64,000 bases of DNA from Octopus sinensis (lineage: Eukaryota): positions 96,162,001 to 96,226,000 of the forward strand of contig NC_043005.1 of the NCBI RefSeq assembly GCF_006345805.1, in the 5' to 3' direction. This document shows, piece after piece, positions 50,343 to 61,500 of the stretch. Position numbers and translations under genes: made by a program. The first letter of the stretch is position 1. Each line of letters starts with the position of its first letter. The notes beneath the pieces are model-generated. The model ran no database searches. It saw only the letters and a list, made by a program, of their open reading frames with translations, and had not been told where the DNA came from.

Positions 50343-53300
50343 CACATGGTGATGTAATTGTTTTAGATTTCATTTACAATACTGAGATTAGATTATGTTT
50401 TTTAATCTCAGTATAATGATTTTGCCTAGATATAGCAGCACTAATAACCAGTTGTTAGGACTCAATATAATTATGCTTTAGAGAGTACAGAGTATGGCAT
50501 CAATTAATTAATGGAACAAGAGCAGGAGTCATATAATCACCTTCACTGGCTTACACCTGTTTCTGCTATACAAAGCAGTGTTTGAACAGCATCCTATAGC
50601 TTCCTCGGAGCCATATGTACACACTATGCCTGTATATGTAACATCAAGATTATTTTAGAATTTTGTTACCTAATTTACTAGAAGTAAACGATTGCTGAAT
50701 TGGGTCAGCAACACCCTACAAAGCAGTGACTATAAGGCAGTCTTCATCACCTCAGCAATCAGAGAAAGAACATATTATGCAGGATACTGCTGGAGAAGGA
50801 AGGATCAAATGTCTGGCAATTTCCTCTGGGAATTTATGCATGGATATACAGAGATCAGCAGAATAAGAAGAGCATATATCAACTTATGGAAGATGGAGGA
50901 TATGAAGAGTGTTATGGAAGATCGGAACATCTAATGTGGAAGAGTTATGAGGCGGTATCAAAAACTTTCCTGGACTAGTTCTTTAGCATGCCAACAGATG
51001 GCAGTACACAGTTGCATACATGGTGAGAACTAGCAATGACCTTCATGAAGCAGCGTGCCGAGTGACATTGCTGTGTTTACTTTGCAAGTAGTGAAATTTG
51101 TGTTTTTGAGATCACGTGTTTGCTGTAGTCTGTGATTTTTGTTATGAAGAGGATGCAGGAACAAAGAGCCGACATGAAATTTTGCATTAAACTTGTGAAG
51201 TCTGCTACAGAGACATCAAGCATGCTTTGGCAAGCTTCAAAGTTTCATGTGGCATAAGTGCTTCAAAAGCAGGAGAACATCCCTGGAAGGTCAGCCACAA
51301 ATATCACCCCCGAAAATATGGAGAAAATTCATCAGCTTGTGCATGAGGATAATTGGAGGACAATCAATGATGTTTTGAAGTGCTTGAGGGAGGACATTCA
51401 GGGAAAGCAACTAAATCTGTGGAGCACCAAGAATTGGGTTCTTCACAACAACAATATACTCTGTCACCTCACTTGTGTTTCTCACCAAAAACAACATGGT
51501 ATCGCTTCTGCACCTGCCTTATTCATCCGATTTAGAACCTGCAGACTTCCGTCTCTTCCCCAAGATGAAAATGCAGCTCAAAAGTTTGCCATTTTAACAC
51601 CGTTGTCGAGATCAAGAGGAAATTGCAGAAGGTCCTCGACTCGTTTACAGAAAATTACTTCTAGGCCAGATTCCAAAAGTGGCAGGAATGCTGGGCAATG
51701 TGAGTGTTGCTGTGCAAGGTGACTATTTCGAAAGAAATGATGTTAAAACTTAAGGAAATTATTTTTTATTATACATAACTAGTCTGGGAACTTTTTGATA
51801 CCAACTCATAAATTGTTTTGGGCAACTGGATAGATATGTCTAGGTTATAGTGAATATAAAAGAAAGAATTAGAGAGACAGGCATGAGAAATATTGTGAAA
51901 AGACAATGTAAAATGAAAGACCAGAGAATCCAATGGTGTTAATTTGAAAAATGTTCCCCATAAATGAAAGGGTATTAAATAGAGAACCAAGGAGAAAAAA
52001 CACGAAAGAGAAGAAATTATATAAAATGACAGAGGACGAGAAGAAACAAAGTGAGAAAAGAGAATCATAAAATTATTCTTGCCTTTCAAGAGTGTAAAGA
52101 GGGAAGTTAAAAATTACTAAAATGCTATATGAGTAGCTGAGAGAGAGAATGTGTGTGTGTTAGTTGTAAAGCTACATACGTAACTGAAAGACCTAGCTTT
52201 GTGCAATGCATTTATCAAAAGACTGATGAATACCTCTAAATTATTGAGTCACTTATGAAGCTTTATAGAAAATATATACTGAGTTCTGTTTTTGTCATTT
52301 GTACCACCAGACCTACACACACACCCTATACTGACTTTTATATTCTTTTTAACAATGAAGTAATTTGAAAGGAAAACATGATCATATGAGGAGCAATAGA
52401 AGTCAGATTTGACTGAATAAACAAATATTGTGATCTTAATGAATAAAAATTACTGCTAATACTAATAACAAAGGAATATAACATGAAAAACATAAGTACC
52501 ATTGAATAGAGATTAGTTCCAAGCAATAGAGATTAGTTCTACACTCAAGCTTTGACACATGTAATTGGAGCAGTTTTGTCCTAAATTACCATAAATAAAG
52601 ATGAAAGATTTCAGTGGTTCCGAAATAGTGGTAAAATAACCTTCTAAAACTTATCTGTTTAACCCTTTAACTGTGAAATTAAATTTCATGAATATTTCAG
52701 TAAAAATGTCAGATTTCTAGCACAAAAATAGAATTGGTAATTTCTACAAGTCATGTTGCCACAATAAACTTGACATGTCTGTTTATCTTTTACTTGTTTC
52801 AGCCATTAGACAGCGGCTATGCTGGAGCACCACCTTGAAAAAATTTTGGTTGAATGAGTCAAATCCAGTACTTCATTTTCTTAAAGCCTGGTACTTATTC
52901 TATTGGCCTCTTTTGTCAAACCACTAAGTTACAGGGATGTAAACACACCAGCACCGGTTGTCAAGTGGTGGTGAGGAACAAACACAAACACACACACATA
53001 CATACATACCTATATATGTATATATACACGACGGGCTTCTTTGAGTTTTCATCTACCAAGTCCACTCAGACGGCTTTGGTTGGTCCAAGGCCACAGTAAA
53101 AGACACTTGCCCAAGATGCCATGCAGTGGGACTGAACCCAGAGCCATGTGTTTGGGAAGCAAGCTTCTTACCACACAACTACCCTTGCACCTACCTCAAC
53201 ACAAAAATAGTTTCAAATATGACACTCCTCAACAAAAGATAAACTGATTTATAAAACTGCTTCCTGCAGTTAAGAGTAATGAAATTTTGAATGGATAAAA

Positions 53301-55508
53301 CTAATTTCTGCAGGAAAAGGATTAATGAGTCTTTGAAGTAAACTATTGAGAAATGGAATGACAAATATCAAAGTTGAATTTCAAAGTAATTAAAATTCTT
53401 TTTATGGTCACTGAAAATCACAAGGTAATTATCTATGAAGGAAATGATGATTTTTTAAAGCTAAAAGTGAAATATGAATTCCACTGGATCCATCATTTGT
53501 TACCTGTGTTACTTAAGCTATTCTGTCTTCAAGAAAAATTTTAAAAGCCATGAAGCTTTCTTTTCCTTGAATCTCAGAATAATTAGCCCTTTTACTGTGG
53601 AAATCAGACGTATCCACTTACAATGTCATTACCTTTAAATGAAGAAAGCAGTTTTATATACAAATCTTAATTTTATCCAAGGAATGTCACAAGATATGTT
53701 AGGTTTATTGAGGCAATGTGACTTGCGAAAAGACCTCTTCCAAATAAACTAAATCATTTCAGAGTTATATTTATCTAGCAAGTGAAAATTATCTGAGACC
53801 ATGAGGTTGGAAGTGAAGCAGTGAATTCATAGAAGAACCATTTTAACCATTTAAAAACACAAAATTTGTTAAATTTACTTCTAATTTTTTTTTTTTTTTG
53901 GTGAGGTGTTGAAATTTTCATACAGAAAACTGGATGAACAAAAGGTATGTAGGAAACTAGATAAAACTGAGTATACTACTGGTTAATTATCATATCAACT
54001 TAACAAGAAGATAAAAGACAAAGTTGGCTTCTTTTGGAAGACATTGGGGCTGTAAACAAAATGGAGTTCCTGGCTCTACTATTTTAGCAATCCAGAATAG
54101 TCTACAAATAAACAAACAAATGAAAACTAAAAAAAAATAAAAATAAAACTAAAATAAGAAAGAAAAAGAAACAAAAGTAAGGAAAATAATAAAAGAGATT
54201 TCCAAATGGAAGTAAAAATGAGAGCAGAGAGAGAGAGAGAAAGAGAAAGAGAAATGATACAAACACCAATGACAACAGCAATGAGAAGAGATTTAGCTGC
54301 CAGGAGTTACGGTTTCAATACCATCATTTGATGTGCTCAAAGTAGCAGCTAAATCTCCTTCAATAAACTACTTACCATTATCAAAATAGAGACCACATGG
54401 CTTAGACCCTATATTTAATGAGAGCAAGATCCAAAATCGAGATGGAATGGCTACAGCTAGAAGTACTGATCCAATGATTTGTTTGGTCAGCCTACCTCTG
54501 TGCCATAGACCGATACAAGCAAAGACATGGTACTGAGGTTAAGAAGCTTACTCTCTGACTCAGTGGTTCCAGGTTTAATCCCAGTAGGCAGCACATTGGA
54601 CAACTTGCTTCTATCAATGCCTTAAATTGACTAACAATTTGTGAGTGAAATGTTTGAGTTCTGTAGTCATTATATTATGCTGCAATACTGTATTTACTCT
54701 GTGTGATTTCTGACATAAACCACATGGCTGAGATGGGCTAGTAGATGGAATGTATACATAGAAAATGTGTGTATATATTGGTATCTGTATGAATAAATTT
54801 ATCGGTATGAATATATATTTTTCACTTATATTTTTGTTGGTGTCTCTCTAGTGAGGATTGCAAAGTAACCTTTATTACAGAGCATGAAATCTTAAGATAC
54901 AGGATTATCCAAAACTGTAAATCTTCTTGCTCATTACCTGGCATTCAACCTGGGGTTATAAACTGAGAACAAATTTAGAGTGGGTTGTAGGTATTTAACA
55001 TCTACTTCTAGCGCTGGAATTTCAGTGCTCTTAATTATAATTTTGTAGTTATATACTTAAAAATATATATTTTAAATTAAATATGCTTCTTGACTACAGG
55101 CTCAGGTTCAATCCCACTGCATGGCACCTTGGGCAAGTATCTTCTACTATAGCCCTGAACAAATCAAAGCCTTGTAAGTGGATTTGGTGGATGGAAACTT
55201 GTGTGTGTGTGTGTGTGTGTGTGAAAGAGAGAGAGTGTATGTTTGTGTCTCCTTGTCTTCGTATTATGTGATAGTTGTAAATGATAGTCACTGTCATACA
55301 AGCAGTGTCATTCATTTCTAATATTCTGCACAACATGCCTGGCCATGGGGAAACATTACTTTGCTTGAAAACAGGTAAGGGTTGGCAACAGGATGGGCAT
55401 CTAGCCATTGAAAAGACTACCTCAATAAACTCAATTCGACCCATGCAAGCATGGAAAAGTGGACATTAAAATGAAGATAAAGATGATTATATAAATAATC
55501 TTTCACTG

Positions 55509-55551
<43 letters not shown>

Positions 55552-58500
55552 TAAAGGACATAAACATGGGTAAAAAAAATAGACACTTGCTGTCAGAATA
55601 CATTGAGCCAGGAATTGGTCAAATGGAATCTAATTTGACAAATGGCACTCCTATTCATAAACTGTGAAATAAAACTTTTAAAAATATATAAAATAAGACA
55701 AACATAGCTATTTTGAACAACACCAATAAAATATAAGGTACCAAAAACAACAAATACACAATATCAAAACTTAGCAAAACAAAAAGAAAATGTACTAATA
55801 TGAAAACTTGGCAAGCCATAAAGAAAAAGTACGAATGTAACGAAAATAAAATGAGATGACATTAGACGAAAATTTAAGACACCAACAGGCAAGCTTCGTG
55901 TACTAACTGGGAAAGCGGTATGACTAAGTAACTGGGTTCCAGCTGGTGCTGTCATTGGTTGCTGATGATAATACTGACTGGATATCTGATTCTGTTGGTT
56001 AGTGTCATATTGTGAGTCCGAATTCTTAGTCGACAGATTCAACTGCCGTCTTATACTTCGCAGTAAGTCCTCAAAATACCTACTTCCTCCACTGGCTGAT
56101 GCCTCAATTGGTGCTGTAGAGATGGGCCTCACCCGAGTGAGTCCTGATGCCATACTGCCATCTGTAGTGGAAGTGCCCTTAAGCTGCCTGTCTTTTGACC
56201 GTGAGCCTGATCTGACACAACCTGGTTCAGCTGCAGCATCTGACCCACCCCCACAACTACTACAGCTGTTACTCACAGACAACAGTGATGGAGATGAGGT
56301 ACTCTTCTTCAGCACTTTTACTTTCTGTTCAACGGGATTGCCTCCTTGCTGAAATTAGAAAAGCAAATATATACATGAATATTGCATATAGAACTGGTGG
56401 TGGTTGGATGACTATAATGGTAATGGTGATAATATATAGGGCGAGAATGTGAAGATGACCGATGTTGTTGTTCTGTAGTTTAACAGCAAGCCAGCCCTGA
56501 TTAAGCAAGCCTATGATCAAAGACATTACAATAGTGACTATTCTGCTTTCTTCATCTCAAAGATAATGAATCTAAGAATACATTAGTCAATAGGTTCTTA
56601 CTTTTTCAAGAACAGTAAGATGTGATTTGAGGATGATTTGGTTGATATTTTAAGCAGGTTATGTAACAGCATCAAGGCTTCCTGAATGGATTGTAATATA
56701 TGATGGTGGTGATGACGATGACAATGGCAATGTTGACAACAGGTTTCGTTGAAAGCTCTTTCTTTGGGTAAGAGACATTTCCCCCAAATGCAATGCAGTG
56801 AGATCAAACCTAGGATCTGGAGACTATGGAACAAACTTGTTACCCATTTGAACAAGCTGCATCTATATACAGGGTGTCCCAAAAGTCACTGAGGGGTTTC
56901 AATTTTTAATAACTTCCTTAACTTTACAAATAAATGCATGAAAGTTTGATATAATATAAAGGACATAATGGCAACTAATATGCACAAGTCAAATTTTGCA
57001 ACACCACTGCATCACATATGAAAAATGACATCGCTTAAATGGCAGCCATTTTCAGCTTCGCACAGCCTTGCTCTTTCCAAAACTTGCACCATAACACCCT
57101 AAAGAATTTAAGACCCCCACTTCACTGATTTCTCTATTGATGTTCACCTTCAGTTGCACCAGGGTCTCCGGTTTGTTGATGTAAACCCTCTCTTTCAGGT
57201 ACTCCCACAGGCAAAAAATCCGGGCTAATCAAGTCTGGGGAACATAAAGGTCATTTAAAGTAGACCTCACACATGGTTCCAGCAAGATGGGGTAACTGTT
57301 CATACCACAAGAGAAACAATGCTGTTGCTATGGCAGTGCTTTGGAGAGAGAAAAATCTCCAACTATGGTAATGTCAACTGGCCTTCGTGTTCCCCAGATT
57401 TGACTAGCCTGGATTTTTCATATGTGATGCAGTGGTGTTGCAAAATTTGACTTGTGCATATTAATTTCTATTATGTCTTTTATATTGTATCAAAATTTCA
57501 TGCATTTATTTGTAAAGTTAAAGAAGTTATTAAAAATTGAAACCCATCAGTGACTTTTGGGACACCTTGTATTATACAACACTGCATAGAATATTACAAG
57601 TCAATGAAGTCTCTATCTACATCTGTTCCATAAAGTTATTTAATACAACAACATAAAAATAGGCAACACTTATATCAGTGGCTGTTCAAATTATTGTAAA
57701 ATCTATTGTCATAAAACAAGCTTGAGGAGACATAAAATAAAATTTGTTTTACAGAGAATTCAAGATCAAATCTAACTGAAACCAAACATTTGATGCCAAC
57801 CTGTTCCTGAGCATTGCTACCTGAAGGCTTCTTCTTCTCTTCTTCCTCCTCTTCTTCAGGACTGGAAGCTGCTGCATCTGGAAAAAAAATTGAATAATAC
57901 AGTTTAATACAAAAATGTGTAAGGAGGAAAGAGAAAATCATAATTCAATACAACACTGATTTCTAAGGTTGGGATAAAACTACAAACTCTATCATATCAG
58001 TCGTTAGTTATCGGAGCACTGCATCCTTCAAAACTTCCATCCTTCCTGAGATTCGCCAACACTACACCTGATTTTCTCCCCTCCATACACACGCAAGCAT
58101 GTATCTGACTCATACACTGTTCACTTCCCAGACATTTGTACATTACTGCATATGCTTTATACGCACTTTTGACAAGTTGTGGTGCACCTGAGCACTGTAG
58201 ACAATAATTTCATTATTATTATTATTATATATGTGTGTGTACATGCATGTGCGTGTGTTTGTGTGTGTGTATATGAGAGAGTGTTTGCAGTTCTTTGTCT
58301 TATTGCATTGTTGTAAATGAATGTCATTCCTTTCCAATATTCTTCAAAAATAAATCTGGCCATGGAGAAATATTACCTTGCTAGATAAAAGGTGTGTGGT
58401 GACAGGTAGGGCATCCAGCTGTAGCAAATCTGTCTCATTAAACTCTGTTCAACCCATGTAAGCAAGGAAAAGTGGGCATTAAATGATGATACTAGAGTGA

Positions 58501-61500
58501 CTAGACTGAGAGCAAAAGAAAAAAAAAAGTCCATTACCTTCTTTATTTGTAAAATCTGTGTTTCTATGATGCTTTAGTTCCTGGTCTAAAGATGTCTGCT
58601 GTGTGGAATGGTTCTCATATTCATCGTCGCTAAATGTACCACTACTATAACATTTCTCCCGACTCTTGAAGAACTGACTCTGTTGTTGTACAGGTATCTG
58701 TAGAACACTGATGTCAGCTACTGGAAGATCGCTGGGGCAGCTGTAAGGGTTTAGGCTGTTTTCGATCCGCATCATCCATGAAATGCTACCGCTAGGGGAG
58801 CGGATACGCACCTCAGCCCAACCAATAGTCCAACAGTTGCACTGATTTGGCAAGAACATCGTACTGGAAGATGATGAACTCTTTTCTTCTGGAAACAAAT
58901 AAGTAAATAAATAATTATTATTACTTTACTTTGCTGGTGTTATACAGAAAGCAGCCAGTCCACTCTGTAAACTGGTTGGCATTAGGAAGGGCCTCCAGCC
59001 ATATAAACCATGCCAAAGCAGACAGTGAAGCTTGGTGCAGGACTCAGGCTTAGCAACTCCTGTTGAATTGTCCAACACATACCAGCTTGGAAGGTGGACT
59101 TTACACTGATGATGATGATGATAATAATAATAATAATAATAAATAATAATAACAATAATATAATAATAATAATAATACGATAGAATATAATTAGTGGATG
59201 GTCAAACTACCCCAAAATGAATACAAAAAATGCCATCATAAAGTAGCAGTGCGAATACACTAGGAATTGTACAAGAGATATGGGTTGGAATGTTCTAACA
59301 AGTGGTATAAGCACCAACATTTTACCAGTAGCAGAGACTCACATGGGATATGTTAATATATACAATCAAAAAGTTGCATCATAACCAATTGGATATCATT
59401 CTCCTACTGCAAGAGTCCAAAGAATGGACCCACATCAATATAGCTCTACCTGCAGACCAAAATACTAAGACAGAGGACAAGAAAGTCAAGAAGTACCAAG
59501 ATTAGAAATGAAAAGAATCTATCGAGTGTGGTACCTATTCTGATCAATGTACATGGGAACCAGCTCGAAAAGAGTAATATCCTGCCACCAAAAGCTGCAA
59601 ATACCAAACTTCTTAGGAAGCATTCCGACAGCAGCAATACTTGGAACAGCCCATGTGTTGAGGAAAGTGTTGTGTCTCTAAACTGTGGGATGGAGCTGAG
59701 ACAGGATACAGATAAATCAGAAGTAAACAAAAATTTCTACTCTCGGCCTGAAATTTTCTTGGGGAGGGTTTAGTCAATTACATTGACTCAGTGTTCAACT
59801 GGTACTTATTTCATTGACCCCAGAAGGATGAAAAGCAAAGTCAATCCTGGCAATATTTGAACTCAGATCATAAATCAGCAAGAAATGCCACTAAACACAA
59901 TGTTCAGTGCAGTAATGATTCCACCATCTTGCCACCTTAATAATAATGATCTTTTTTACTGTAGGCATAAGGCCTGAAATTTTGTGGGAGGAGCTAGTCA
60001 ATTAGGGACTAGTCGATTACATTGACCCCAGTATTTCACTGGTACTTAATTTATAAACTCTAAAAAGATGAAAAGCAAAGTCGACCTTGGTGGAATTTGA
60101 ACTCAAAACGTAAAGATGGACGAAATACCATTAAGCATTTCGTCAGCTCACCTTCCAATTTAAGCACAAGGCTATCAATTTTGATGAGAGGGTACTAGTT
60201 GATATTGACCCCAAAAGGATGAAAGACAAAATTAATCTTGGCAGGGTTTGAACTTAGAATGTAAAGAGCTAGAACAAATACCACGAAGCAGTTTGCCTAA
60301 TGCTCTAATGGTTGTGTCAATCCAGCTACACCTTTCTCGGTGCTGGAAGGTGGGTAGATATAGCCAACTGAATTAACCCCACTTCTACTGTATAACAGGT
60401 ACTTATTTTATCAACCATAGAAAGATAATAAAAAAGAAGATAAAGTTGACTCCTAATGTGCTTTTGAACTCCAAAACAAAGGAACATAAACTAAATACTA
60501 AACAAAATTTTTTTTTTTATTAAAAATTACTTCACTAATCTTTCTTGAATGAAAAGTCTATGAATTCAACTTACCTGGAAGGATATGTGGACTAGATTGA
60601 AAAAAAGTTTTCGTATTCTGGTTTTCAACCAAAGGATCGTTTTCGTCTAAAAAAACAGACTGGTCTGAATCCAGCAGCCCCATGTCGTCTACCGCTCGCT
60701 TCTTTTCTCCCACTAGATCTTCTGACCCATTGCTATTGTGTGTGTTATGATGTGTCTGCTCAATGTGGCTGTTGCTACGAGTGTACAATCCAGCCAATTT
60801 ATGACGCTGTTTCTCCTTAGCTGTCTGTTTGGCTTTCTTTGCTGAACTGTCTTCCCAAGCTTGCCTGTACAACATGATACATTTTTCACAAACTCCAAGT
60901 GAACCAACTTTCTTACCACCACCGCTTGTGGTGATGGAAATGATCTTGTGTCCAACAAGCCAGGATTTTGAGCGACCACCAGCAAGTAAAAATTCTATCA
61001 AAGGTGGTCTGAAAAAAAGATCCAAACAGGAAAATGCCAATAAATATGTAAAACATGACAAATTTCTTTTTTAATAGTTAATAGTTTCAATGGCAAATTT
61101 TGGGCAACTTCTAAAACAACAATTTCTAACTTTGGCACAAACACAAAATAAATAAATGAATTTATGAAAAAGTGGTCAGATCAGTTTAATGGATGACAGT
61201 ATTTAGACTGGAATTAACTTTATCAACCCAAAAAGGATGAGAGGCAGAGTATACCTCTCTTTTTCTCTGCCTTTCATCATCATCATCATTTAATGTCCAC
61301 TTTCCATGTTAGCATGGGTTGGACAACGTGACTGAGGGCTGGTGAACCAGATGGCTGCACCAGGCTCCAATCTTGATCTGGCAGTGTTTCTACAGCTGGA
61401 TGCCCTTCCTAACACTAACCACTCCGAGAATGTAGTGGGTGCTTTTTACGTGCCCCCAGCACGGGGGCCAGTCAGGTGGTACTGGCAACGACCTTGCTCG

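Noticed and set aside
55764-55907. Hydrophobic tail of ORF 55764..56315 as an alternative TSC2 C-terminus
   Set aside because: It is read-through past the gttagt donor into T-rich intron; downstream GAP exons continue in phase.
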